Source of the DNA: Octopus vulgaris
Taxonomy: Eukaryota
Direction: 5' to 3'
Assembly (NCBI GenBank): GCA_951406725.2
Contig: OX597814.1
Location: 108,872,001 to 108,936,000 of the forward strand
Length of the DNA: 64,000 bases
Part shown: piece by piece, positions 51,759 through 63,339 of the stretch
Layout: the number at the start of each line of letters is the position of its first letter
How positions within the stretch are numbered: the stretch's first letter is position 1
Notes under the pieces: generated by a model
What the model was told of the DNA's origin: nothing
The model's input: only the letters and a program-made list of their open reading frames with translations
Database searches by the model: none
Position numbers and translations under genes: made by a program

Positions 51759-52061
51759 TGTAAACCTGCACTAGCCCCAGCCTCCCACCCACCCAAATTG
51801 AAGTAGGCATTTCTGGTTAAACAAGTTATTAATCAGTTAGTTACAGTTTTATTTATGGCCAATTGGGTGTGTGTATGTGAGAGAGATAAAGGGAGAGGAA
51901 GGGAAAAAAATAAGCGAGAAGCACTTATTCTCTGCAAAAAAAAAAAATAAATTTAAAAAAAATAAAAAAGTCTGCATTTCAAAGTTTGCAATAAAAAAAA
52001 AAATTAAAAAATCAAAGAAGATAAATAATTAATCTTAATGAATTAAGTTTTGATTATTTAG
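51759..52061 (+). repeat. Chimeric local duplication of 43764-43870 joined to 44062-44261
   Basis: Essentially identical to both source segments apart from A-run length; joined at a TG microhomology. Confidence 0.9.
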
Positions 52062-52226
52062 TTTGATTATTATAAGGCACAAAAAGAAAATGACTCTCCC
52101 CAGACACAACAGAACTTGGGTTAGTTTACATAAAAAATGACGTTGGGAACACGTTGATATTAAAACTGAATCTTTTTAGAAAAATAAAAAAGAAGAGGAA
52201 AGTGTTTATGCGGTTCTACTTACCAC

Positions 52227-53030
52227 TTGTTTATGGTTGGGGGAATTTATCTCCACTGTATCCAACATCTCCAATTTTTAGATATTTCCATCAGCACAAA
52301 CACAATCCGTTGGTCTGCCTCCTTCATCCAGTACAAGCCGACTAATGCTCACACTTCTCACCCCAAATACTCTAGATCCACCATTCCAGTCTTTCAATTT
52401 CTTCAGCCTCACAAACTCTGCCAGCATTGACTCAGATTTTGTGTCCCAAAGCAAGAGAATGCAACATTTTTTCCTGAATCGAGATTATTCCAGATCAGTT
52501 TTGGATCCTGCACACTGCCAGGCCCAAACAGGGTTTGGGGTGGGCTCCACGACCCTCTCCACACACTGGATATCACTTTCCCTCTCACATTCTACCCATG
52601 CATCTTTCCATTGAAACACAAAAATCACATGTCTTTTCCAAACCCTACTTTCTGATCCCATGACCATTCCGGTCTTTCCTCACCTCCAAGACAGACAGAA
52701 TCCCCAGCAGCCTTCTAGTTCTCAGCTACAAACAGCCTAGCCACACACAATCGGCCACTCTTAAGCGTGCTTGCCAACAATGCAACACCTGCCTCTACAT
52801 TAATAACACTACAACCATCGCTGGGCCTAAGCTACAGCACCACATTACCTGAAACTTCTGTTGCGGATCTTCTAACCTTGTAAACTTTGTGTCATTCTTT
52901 ACATTGTGGAAACAGGCCATTGCCTTGCCAATCACTTTTAGGAGTGGTTGTCAAGCACATTACAATGCATGTTGGACCAACCTATCATTATCCACTTCAA
53001 CACAATAAGCGATTCCCGTTTACTGAGGAA
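52227..53030 (+). mobile_element. Decayed Penelope-like retroelement (RT C-terminus and Cys-rich linker)
   Basis: Across frameshifts: QFLDISIS...YKPT...SHPKYSRSTIPVFQFL..HKLC / DSDF.SQSKRMQHFFLNRDY, then C..CNTCLYI (52763-52802) and FCCGSSNLV. This matches the Penelope RT thumb and the linker preceding GIY-YIG. Confidence 0.75.
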
Positions 53031-53099
53031 CATTTTTTTTTTATGGCTGTATGCTTTTCCTGTCACCAACCATCAACTCTTTCCAAGGAAGGAAATATT

Positions 53100-53303
53100 C
53101 AGTTCTATATTTAAGAGATGAGGAATTATGTACATTATTTACAGTTGATGGATATTTTATTCTCATCTTGTTTGTTGTTAACACGTTTTGGCTGATATAC
53201 CCTCCAACTTTCATCAGGTGTCTTGGGGAAATTTCAAATCTGGGTTCTCCTTCCTAAGATATTTTTTGATGCTGTTGTTGTTGTTATTATTATTATTCAG
53301 GTC
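53100..53303 (-). mobile_element. tRNA-hammerhead element family copy (headless, full 3' tail)
   Basis: GACCTG(AAT)n...GACACCTGATGAAAGTTGGAGGGTATATCAGCCAAAACGTGTTAAC...CATCTCTTAAATATAGAACTG on the minus strand. Confidence 0.7.
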
Positions 53304-53329
53304 TATAATAATAATGATAATAACATTGA

Positions 53330-53692
53330 CAGCGGCCATGCTGGAGCACCCTCTTTAGTCAAGCAAATGGACTACAGGACTAATTCTTTGTAAACCTAGT
53401 ACTTATTCTATCAGGCCCTTTTGCCGAACTACTAAGTTACCAGAATGTAAACACACCAGCATCGGTTGCCAAGCAATAATGGGAGAACAAACACAGACAC
53501 ACACAAACACACACATATATATATATATGACGGGCTTCTTTCAGTTTCCGTCTACCGAATCCACTCACAAGGCTTTGGACAGCCCGAGGCTATAGTAGAA
53601 GACACTTGCCCAAGGTGCCATGCAGTGAGACTGAACCCAGAACCATGTGGTTGATTAGCAAGCTACTTAACACCACATCCACTCTTGTGCCT
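53330..53692 (-). mobile_element. CORE-like tRNA-SINE (representative of an abundant family)
   Basis: tRNA-like head GTGTGGTTAAGTAGCTTGC...GGTTCAGTC, then CCTTGGGCAAGTGTCTTCTACTATAGCC. Other copies near 13560, 19740, 35285, 47385, 49090. Confidence 0.7.
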
Positions 53693-53956
53693 ATATATAT
53701 ACATACATTATATATGCATAAATATATATATTATATATGCATATATATATATATATTATATATGCATAAATATATGTTACATGCATAAATATATATATAT
53801 ATATATATATGGATAAATAAATATATATACTATAAATGCATAATATATATATATATATATATGCATCTAGCAAATCCACTCACAAGGCCTAGGGCTGTAG
53901 CTAAAAACACTTGCCTAAGGTTCTAAGACAAGAAGTAAGATTTGAGCATGAATATA

Positions 53957-53962
53957 TTTATT
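53957..53962 (-). terminator. Candidate HYDIN polyadenylation signal
   Basis: AATAAA on the minus strand 10 nt after the TAG stop. Confidence 0.45.
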
Positions 53963-53972
53963 GACACTTGAA

Positions 53973-54458
53973 CTAAAGAGAAATTCCTTTCAAATAAAAC
54001 AGCCATTGTAGATTTGCTGTGTCTGCTGTTACATGGGGACAGGAGACAATCAGTTTGCTTTTGAGCTCAGTCTGCACAGGAAGGTTACTGTTGTCAAACG
54101 CGACAGAAATACGATAGTCTTTGTGGGCACGAATCGCTTCCTTCTTCTTGGAGAGGATGAACCGATCATCATCAACTTGAAATTTGAAACTGGTTGCTGT
54201 GTTGAAGATGTTGCGGAAAGTAATGAAAATATTTGAACCTGATTTGATGGTGAATGGTCCCTGGGGTTTGGGTGGGCCACACGTTCCAAATAGTGGGAAG
54301 ATATATTCTCCACCAACTGCTGACGAAGCTGTTAGAATAGCTCGCTGCTCTCCCAAGCGAGATGGTTCAAAGGAGACATCAAATGAAATTTCAGTTCCAG
54401 AAGACGAAGCACTAGCAGCTGGGATGGATTTGTCAACATGGAAATCTGGATTATCCAC
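53973..54458 (-). CDS. HYDIN: HYDIN (axonemal central-pair protein), last coding exon
   Basis: CAG acceptor 54459-54461; VDNPDFHVDK...FEPSRLGE...GGEYIFPLFG..GPPKPQGPFTI...F.NIF...WLFYLKGISL-TAG matches the HYDIN C-terminus (GGEYIIPLFG...PPKPQGPF...WVYYLKGITL). Confidence 0.95.
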   Translation of the reverse strand: MDNPDFHVDKSIPAASASSSGTEISFDVSFEPSRLGEQRAILTASSAVGGEYIFPLFGTCGPPKPQGPFTIKSGSNIFITFRNIFNTATSFKFQVDDDRFILSKKKEAIRAHKDYRISVAFDNSNLPVQTELKSKLIVSCPHVTADTANLQWLFYLKGISL

Positions 54459-55776
54459 CTGTTGCAACAGAAACACAAAAATATTCTTTAAAATACTCAA
54501 AATATTAAGAACATTCATTGCCACCACTATCATCATCATAATCACCACCACCATCGTTCTAGCCTCCACTTTTGCATCATGGGTCAGACAAAATTTGTTG
54601 AGGCAGATTTTCTATGCCTGGACACCCTTCCTGTCATCAAAGTAATATATTCCTCCATGGTTAAACATGATGTTTTGTTCATAGAAGACTGGAAAAGAAC
54701 AGTAATTAAACTATCACCCCAAAGTTCTGAGTATCATCCACTGGAGCCACCCAAACACCTCATTACAACTATTTCCATCACTTTCCAGCTCCACTTCTCT
54801 TCTAGAATGTAAGTAACTCATTTACAGCAAGAAACGTCTTCATGCTTTGGCTTCTCTCATACTTTAACCCCTCTTCTCCGAGCATAAAGCACCCCTACAC
54901 CCCTGAGGTTTGTCGTCATGCAAGCTTCATGGTGACCTCATTAGTTCTGGTATGACAAAAAAAGCATCCAGTATACGCTGTAGAGTATTTGGCATTAGGA
55001 AGGGCATCCAGCCATAGAGGTTATGCCAAAGTAAACACTGGAGCATAATGAAGTCTTTGGATCGATCAGATCCTAGCAAACCACCAAACACAAACCAACA
55101 TGGAACATGGGGAGGAGGAGGATGATGCTGTTCATGAAATCAAAGCATTAATTTTGTGGAATGTAGTTGTTGATAAATTTCATGGTGGTGGTGGTAGGGG
55201 GGGTGGTCTGCTTAGAGCAGAAGTTCTCAACCATTTTTTTGCCCATGGGCCCCTTTGGTTCTTATTTTACACCCCATTCGTTCAATGTTTAAAAAGTCCT
55301 ATTAGGAATAGCAACAGGGGGCTGAGACTTCTGGCAGTTTGCTGTGTTTGAGAAAACACACCAAGCCGAGTGAAAGTATGGGTGTCCTTGCATACAGGCA
55401 TGTCCCCTGCATCCCTCTCCAGCCAAGCAGTCCTAATCTTTGCAGGTTCATGGTATACTCACCCAGTCTGCATTCTGTAAAGTGGCTGGTGTTTGGAAGG
55501 GCGCCCAGCCAGAGAAACTATGCCTGAACAGGCTTTGGAGCCTAGTGCAGCTCCTGGCCTTGCCAGAATGGAAAACGGATGTTTAATGATAATGATGAAA
55601 ATTTATTGTCAAAATGTAACAAATTTAGCTCGTTATTAAATGTGAAGAAGAGATCAGAGTAGTAATGTAAACAGTAAAATGAGTCACCACCTCAAAGTGG
55701 CAGGTGAATGTTACTACTGGTTTAACCCCAGGCAGATTCTCCACCAGCTGGTTTTCAGTGCAAGTTCTGCACCCTT

Positions 55777-56334
55777 CATCATCATCTTCGTTTAGCGTCC
55801 GCTTTCCATGCTAGCATGGGTTGGACGGTTCGACTGGGGTCTGGGAAGCCAGAAGGCTGCACCAGGCCCAGTCTGATCTGGCATTGTTTCTACGGCTGGA
55901 TGCCCTTCCTAACGCCAACCACTCCGGGAGTGTAGTTGGTGCTTTTTACGTGCCAGACAAGGCTGGCAAACAGCCACGATCGGATGGTGCTTTTTACGTG
56001 CCACCGGCACGAGGCCAGTCAGAGCAGCACTGACAATGGCCACGTTCGGATGGTTCTCTTACGTACCACCGGCACTGGTATCACAGCTACAATTTCCATT
56101 GATGTTGATCGATTTCGATTTTCACTTGCCTCAACAGGTCTTCACAAGTAGAGTTTTGTGTCCCAAGAAGGAAAGGTATACATAAGTGGACAGGCTACAT
56201 CCCATGTAGAGGCCACGGGTTATGGTCTCACTTGTCCTGCTGGGTCTTCTCACGCACAGCAAACTTCCAAAGGTCTCGGTCTCTAGTCATTTCCTCAGTG
56301 AGACCTAAAGTTCGAAGGTCATGCTTCACCACCT
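55777..56334 (-). mobile_element. RTE-clade LINE 3' end inserted in an inverted-repeat arm
   Basis: VVKHDLRTLGLTEEMTRDRDLWKFAVREKT plus tail (GAT)n; flanks CACCCTT / CCACCTT. Confidence 0.75.
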
Positions 56335-56829
56335 TATATACAATATATCATTAGCAGTGAACCCCTACTATCCCCCAGGATCGTGGGACTGGCCCAGTTT
56401 CAAGCTATTTGGCTGCATACACCTGCACAGTGGAGAGTGCAAGCTAAGATTTGCTTCTACCAGTGATATATTGCAAACAAAGTGACCATTGGTCACTGAT
56501 TTGCAACAAGCAAAATAGCCAATCATAAAATCTCAAGAAAAGATCAGAGTAGTAACGTAAACAGGAAAGCGAGGAACCACATCAAAGTTTTACTATTAGT
56601 TTACTTTATCTCTTCTTGAGATTTTATGATTGGCTATTTTGCTTGTTGCAAATCAGTGACCAATGGTCACTTTGTTTGCAATATATCACTGGTAGAAGCA
56701 AATCTTAGCTAGCACTATCCACTGTACAGGTGTGTGCAGCCAAATAGCTTCAAACTGGGCCAGTCCCACGATCCTGTCAGATGCTGGGGGAGGGTCGCTC
56801 CCCCTGCTAGTGATATATTGTATATAAAG

Positions 56830-57149
56830 CAGGGGTTCCTAACCAGGGTCCGCATAGACACCCCAGGAGTCCACAGAAGCTTTAAGAGGGTCCACAAGTA
56901 AAAAATTGCAATTTGTGGGTCCACATATAAATTTTGTTTAGTAGGAGAGGTCCCTGTGTTTATCGAAACTTTCAAGATTTGTATTTGGAATTTCTGTTAT
57001 GAATATAAAGAAACTGTTTCATTGTTAGTTTTTATTAACCTACAAACAAATATTTTGTTTCAAAACTTTACAAGTGCATATATGGGGTCCACAGGTGATA
57101 AAGATAGCTCTCAGGGGCTCCACAAGTAAAATTAGGTTGGGAAACCCTG
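56830..57149. mobile_element. hAT-type MITE with a perfect 8-bp TSD
   Basis: ATATAAAG|CAGGGGTTCCTAACC ... GGTTGGGAAACCCTG|ATATAAAG. Confidence 0.88.
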
Positions 57150-58344
57150 ATATAAAGGATGCAGAGTGTTGCACTGATAACCAGCTGGTGGAGAATCTGC
57201 CTGGGGTTAAACCAGTAGTAACATCCAACTGCCACTTTGATGTGGCAACTCGTTTTACTATTGTAACATTAACAACAAAATCCTCTGTGAACCTCCAAGG
57301 GTCACAAGGACCCCATTTGAGACCCACTGCTAAGAAGAAGGAACAGTAGCCATGGCATTGCCAGGTGAGACTGATAGTGTTTCTGGTTCCCTTGAACTGT
57401 TGTCAACAACTGCAGTGAATACACAAAGAGGGAGGAGGAGATTCAGGAGAGGGGTGGGGAGAAGAGGTGAGATACAGCAGTTAGTGTAGGGGTAGGGAGA
57501 GTTTGACACAACACAATGTTGGGCCTCATGGAGGCAAAGTGGCCAAGTTCCTTTCGAGTGTTGGGCCTCATGGAAGCAATGACCAAAACCTTTGGCATTA
57601 TGTTGTGCTTAAGAAGAAGCCCCATCAAGCTGAGCAAAATCACGGTTGTGGAAGATACCGGTGTCGCACATAGTGGCACATAAACTCACCCTGGTGTCAT
57701 GCAAATGGCATCCATGCCGGTGGCACATAAAAGTACCCAGTACACTCTCGGAGTGGTTGGCATTAGGAAGGGCATCCAGCTGTAGAAAACTGGGAAATCA
57801 GACTGGAGTCTGGTGCAGCCTTCCAGCTTGCCAGCCCAGTCAAACTGTCCAACCCATGCCAGCATGGACAACGGACGTTAAATGAAAATGATGATGATGA
57901 GTGATGAATAGAGAAGAGATGAATGACTCAGGGGTGGTAGGAGAGCAGCCAGCTGTAAAGAATAAAGGCCATTACAGCATCAAGCAGATCATTGATGTAT
58001 GAAAAGAAGAGAGTGAGGGGACAAAACTGAACCCAAGGTGACACTGGGGGGAGAGGACAGAAAGAACTTCATCAACACACTCTGTGAGGGTTCGATCTGA
58101 AGCTGCCAGTCCAGGAAATCAGAAAATGAGAAATGGATGAAAGCCAAAGGATGGGAAGTTTTTGATAGGAAACCCATGTGTTAGGTGTCTGGGTCACCTG
58201 TTGACATTTCTGATGATGTTGAGCAACAACATTGTTTTCAGTTTTTCTCAGGTGAGAGATAAATGTGGCTTGATGTAGGAGAGGAAGTCTCTAACAGGTT
58301 TAGTAAATGTGGACGCCATATTCTTGTCTTGTCTTGAGACAGCA

Positions 58345-58620
58345 TTCACCTGGGATGGGTTGAGCTGGCTTCATTCATCCTCAATGCTGCATCTCTCACA
58401 AACGCCGACCAGGCCTGGCGATTTGAGGCTAACAACCACGTGATCTCCAACCACTCCTTATTCCAGCGGCGAACGCCGTAGATATGGGTGGGCCCTAGGT
58501 TGGATTCCAGATCAGCCTTGACTGTCATCAGCCAGGTTTTTTGTTGTCCACCACATCGCTTTCACCAACCCTGAAGGGGAGCTGGGTCAATTGCTTCGTA
58601 GATGAATTCTCCTGGTTGAC
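58345..58620 (-). mobile_element. RTE-clade LINE ORF 3' fragment
   Basis: GGQQKTWLMTVKADLE...YGVRRWNKEW...LASNRQAWSAFVRD. Confidence 0.75.
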
Positions 58621-58975
58621 GTCATATTAGTGGTATTTGACAAAGAGAAGGGGAATAGGGAGAGAGAGAGGGAGAATGGGGAGAGAGAGAAGGATAGATT
58701 GAAGAGTTTGATGAATGTAGGAGCTAGTCCTAGGGTGCAGTGTTTGAGGCTAATCAAAAGGGTTACTTGTTAGCTTCAAATAAGTGGAGGTATTTTCACA
58801 CTTGCATATGCAAGGTGGGAAACCTGGTAGGATAGAAGGGGGAGATTAGGAGATGTAAAAACTGACCATGTAAAGACAAACAAAATACTGCTAATGATTC
58901 TGCCACCACCATCACCACCACATCAGCAGCAGCAGCCGTAGTAAAAGTGTGTTACTAAATAACTCATTGTCTTAC

Positions 58976-59200
58976 CTTGCACAGGTAGTCTGTCTTCTGT
59001 TTGGAGTAGTTAATAAACCTAGCCACCTGGGTGGTGACCAGACCGAGGGAAGTCTGCATGTAGATGCTTTTCTCATAGCTTGCTGGTGTGGCCTTGAGGT
59101 TCAGTTCATATAAATAATTTCCCAGTTCAGTGCTCAACAGTTCCAGTTTGCCAGTTACTTCACCGATTTTAATCGGTTGGTATTCAATGGTCACCTCACC
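58976..59200 (-). CDS. HYDIN: HYDIN penultimate exon
   Basis: CAG acceptor 59201-59203, GTAAG donor 58971-58975, 75 codons GEVTIEYQPIKIGEVTGKL...LGNYLYELNLKATPA..EK...TSLG...FINYSKQKTDYLCK; phase 0/0. Confidence 0.93.
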
Positions 59201-60500
59201 CTGCAAAACAGGGGAGACTCAACTTCAAACACAATCCACAACAGATGTAGCCAATAATTATATTAACCCTTCACTTACCGTATTTCTGTTGGAATGCACT
59301 GCCTTTGTTTCAATTAATTTTAAAAATAATGAATTTTGGAAAATAACTGTCATTATTAATCTGGTGTTTCGAACATAAATGAACGGGACATTTTGAGGGA
59401 AGATTTTAATTTTGATCACCAGAACGTTTTTTGTTGCCATATTTCTATTGAAATATACAGCAATTACTTTTGAAAATAACAAAGAATTTAATAAAATAAC
59501 TTTGTTGTTAAATAGTTGTTGCCAGTGCCGCTGGACTGGCTCCTGTGCAGGTAGCACATAAAAAACACTTTTTGAGCGTGGTTGTTACCAGAACTGCCTG
59601 ACTGGCCCTCATGCCAGTGGCACGTAAAAGAACCCACTATACTCTTGGAGTGGTTGGCATTAGGAAGGGCATCCAGCTGTAGAAACTTTGCCAGATCAAA
59701 TTGGAGCCTGGCCCAACTGTTCAACACATGCCAACATGGAAAGCAGACATTAAACGACAACGATGATGAGGATAATCTGGTGTTTGGAACATAAATTAAA
59801 ATGAAATTATGAAATTTTGATGGGAAACCTTAATTGAAATGATCATCATCATTGTCATAATTTAATGTCTGCTTTCCATGCTGGCACGGGTTGGATGGTT
59901 TGACTGGAACTGGTAAGCTGGCGAGCTGCAGCAGGTTCCAATTTGATCTGGCAGAGTTTCTACAGCTGGACGCCCTTCCTAATGCCAACCACTTACAGAG
60001 TGGACTGGATGCTTTTTTTCATGGCACCAGAATGGGTGCCTTTTGTAACACAGAACCAGAGGCAGCGAGTTGGTATTAAAAGAGTTAAGAAAAAGGGTTA
60101 CTCAGTTTACTTGGTGCAGGCACGGCTGTGGTTAAAACATTTGCTTGGCAACCATGTGGCTTCAAGTTCAATCTCACTGCACAGCACTTTGGACAAGTGT
60201 TTTCTATTGTAAATGTTTGACTGCCCAACTTCTTATGAGAGAAAATGGAAGACAGAAAATAGGTGGAAGTTCATCACGTGTGTGTGTGTGTGTGTTGCTG
60301 CTTGATGACTGGTGCTGGTTTGTTTACATCCATGACTTAGTGGTTCAGCAAAAACGAGGCTGATGAAATAAGTACCTGGCTTAAAAAAGAATAAGTACTG
60401 TGGGCAATTTGACTGACAAAACCCTTGATGGCTGTGCTCCAGTATGGCCACAAACAGCCCAATGAGTTAAAACAATAACATTACTGAATGGTAATTCTAA

Positions 60501-60830
60501 AACAAGGGCACTCAGAGAGTGCAAACCTTTGCACTCTCTTTCAACGATTAGGCAGAGATGATTTTTAAAATGAGAATATCTGAAATAAACTCGAATGCTC
60601 TCAAATATGAGAATAACAAAAATGAATCTCAAAAATTAAGTAAAAAAAAAGGAAAAATAATCTAGAATCCTTGTCTGGTACTGGATCAATCCCAAAATCT
60701 AATCAGTTTGTGACAGTCATGAAGCCAAACATTCCTGAAAGTTTCATCCAAATCCATCCAGCGGTTCTTGAGATATCTTGTCCAAGGACAAACAAACACA
60801 ACTGAAAACAATACCTCCACCTTGGTGCTT
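60501..60830 (+). mobile_element. Helentron/HINE (DINE-1-like) non-autonomous element, degenerate
   Basis: Starts AACAAGGGCACTCAGAGAG, contains AAGTTTCAT..AAATCCATCCAG..GTTCTTGAGATATC and (ACAA)n, ends GAAAACAATACCTCC plus a short hairpin. Confidence 0.45.
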
Positions 60831-61855
60831 GCATACAGCATTGATGCTCTTCAACGTTTTAATATCTGTTCATTGATGTTGACAACAGTCATAGGATCCC
60901 TGTGGTACTGGCCCCTTCATTTGATATCGCTTGATACTTGTGAGTGTTGTTATGCAAATGGTATCCTTTGTTTCTAGTATTGCTTTCCAATTTTGACACA
61001 AGGCCAGCAATTTCATTCGGCTTTGGTGGGATTTGAACTCAGAATGTGAAGGACGAAATGTCAAACATTTTGCCTGGCATGCTACTACTTCTGCCAGCCT
61101 GCTGCCTCACATTTCTAACATTCTGTGAAAAGCGTGTCTGATGAGGGTTGGTGACAGGAAGAGAATCCAGCTGCATAAAATCCATCTCAACAAATTCCCT
61201 CTGACCTACGTAAGCATGGAAAAACAGACATTGGAATGATAAAGATATTAAAGTGGCAAGATGGCAAAATTGTTAGCACTTTGGACAAAATGCCTAACAA
61301 CAGCATTCCTTGCGGCTCTTTACATTCTTGAGATCAACTTTACCTTTCATCCTTTTGGCACTGATGAGGTCAGTACAGATTCAGCACAAGTGTAAGAAGA
61401 GGATCTGCCTGGGGTTAAACTAGTAGTAACATTCAGCTGTCACCTTTGATGTGGCGACTCGCTTTACTGGAACCAATTTATTACACATAAACATCATCAT
61501 CGTCGTTTAATGTCCGTTTTCTCTGCTGGCCGGTTTGAGGAGCCAGTCCAGCGGCACAGGAGCCAGTCCAGCGGCACAGGAGCCAGTCCAGCGGTACTGG
61601 CGACGACCTCGCTCAAATATTTCACATGCCACCAGCACAAGTGCTAGTAAGGCAACGCGGTAACGATCCCACTAGAATGGTATTTTTAATGTGCCATCGG
61701 CACGAAGGCCAGCTTGTTGCTCTGGCAACGATCTCACTTGTATGGTACTCTTAGTGCTCCACTAGCAACGGATGCCAGTCACTGAGTTTGATTTCAACTT
61801 TGATTTCGATTTACCTTGCCTCAACCGGTCTTCACAAGCAGAGTTTAGTGTCCTG

Positions 61856-62110
61856 GTTACACAACATTCCGGCTGATATACTTTCCAGCCTTCATCAGGT
61901 GTCTTGGGGAAATTTCAAACCTGGGTTCTCATTCCTAAGGTATTTTTCAATGTTGTTGTTGTTGTTGTTATTGTTATTATTATTATTATTATTATTCAGG
62001 TCGCTGCCTGGAATCTTGGGGTTAGTAGCCTATAGTAACCACTATGCCATATGCCCATGTAAATAATGTAAATAATATACATAATTCATCATCTCTGAAA
62101 TATAGAATTG
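61856..62110 (-). mobile_element. tRNA-hammerhead element copy with head, plus an inverted copy of its 3' tail
   Basis: Minus: GGGCATATGGCATAGTGGTTA...GGCTACTAACCCC...GACCTG(AAT)n(AAC)n...GACACCTGATGAAGGCTGGAAAGTATATCAGCCGGAATGTTGTGT. 62058-62110 on + equals the family 3' tail. Confidence 0.7.
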
Positions 62111-62153
62111 TACAACTGAATTGATTTAAAATAAAATGCATTTATGAACTTAC

Positions 62154-62387
62154 ATCAGATTGTTCTGGAATACAAACTGCACTTGCAGGAATCATCAGTT
62201 CTGAAACATTTGTATTGAAATTAAAATGAGCTGGAATGGTTAGCGGATTCTCAAGTTTGACCGTATGTCGTATGCTGGAGCGAACTGGGGTGACAAGTTC
62301 AATATTCCCCAAACTTCCTGATTTAATCGATCGAAGGGTCAGTTCATAAAATTGGTATTCACCTGTCTCTAAATGAGTAAAGATTAC
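62154..62387 (-). CDS. HYDIN: HYDIN third-from-last exon (absent from the ORF track)
   Basis: CAG acceptor 62388-62390, GTAAGT donor 62148-62153, 78 codons VIFTHLETGEYQFYELTLRSIKSGSLGNIELVTPVRSSIRHTVKLENPLTIPAHF...PEQSD, matching HYDIN 'IEMVTPVRQ...IKLENPL'. Confidence 0.92.
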
Positions 62388-62515
62388 CTGTAATGAATTA
62401 AAAGAATAATAATGAAGATATAATAATGATAATAATAATAATAACGAACTTATTGTATACAGTGCTCAGTTGCACTACAACTCATCAGAAGAAACAGCTA
62501 AAAATGCATGTGCAA

Positions 62516-63306
62516 TGGATATAGGATAAGGCATGGGAAGTGGACACAGGATAAGGCGTGGGAAGTGGACATAGGATAAGGCACGGGAAATGGACATAGG
62601 ATAAGGCATGGGAAGTGGACATAGGATAAGGCATGGGAAGTGGACATAGATTAAGGCATGGGAAGTGGACATAGGACAAGGCATGAGAAGTGGACATAGG
62701 ACAAGGCACGGGAAGTGGACATAGATTAAGGCACGGGAAGTGGACATAGGTTAATGCGTGGAAAGTGGACATAGGACAAGGCATGGGAAGTGGACATAGA
62801 TTAAGGCATGGGAAGTGGACATAGGATAAGGCACGGGAAGTGGACATAGGATAAGGCACGGGAAGTGGACATAGGATAAGGCATGGGAAGTGGACATAGG
62901 ATAAGGCACGTGGAGTGGACATAGGATAAGGCACGGGAAGTGGACATAGGATAAGGCATGGGAAGTGGACATAGGATAAGGCATGGAAAGTGGACATAGG
63001 ATAAGGCATGGGAAGTGGACATAGAATAAGGCACGGGAAGTGGACATAGGTTAATGCGTGGAAGTGGACATAGATTAAGGCATGGGATAAGACGTGGGAA
63101 GTGAACATAGGATAAGGCACGGGAAGTGGACATAAGATAAGGCACGGGAAGTGAACACAGGATAAGGCACGGGAAGTGAACACAGGATAAGGCACGGGAA
63201 GTGGATACAGGATAAGGCACGGGAAGTGGACACAGGATAAGGCACGGGAAGTGGACACAGGATAAGGCACGGGAAGTGGACACAGGACAAGGCATGGGAA
63301 GTGGAC
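62516..63306. repeat. 25-bp minisatellite, ~32 units, in a HYDIN intron
   Basis: Unit GGAAGTGGACATAGGATAAGGCA(T/C)G; explains the periodic ORFs listed at 62475-63349. Confidence 0.95.
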
Positions 63307-63339
63307 CATAAATAAGTTCTTTAAGAAAAAAGTGGGGGA

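Noticed and set aside
54459-54569. Hydrophobic N-terminus of the 198-aa ORF as a signal peptide
   Set aside because: It is intron sequence upstream of the CAG acceptor; HYDIN similarity starts at VDNP.
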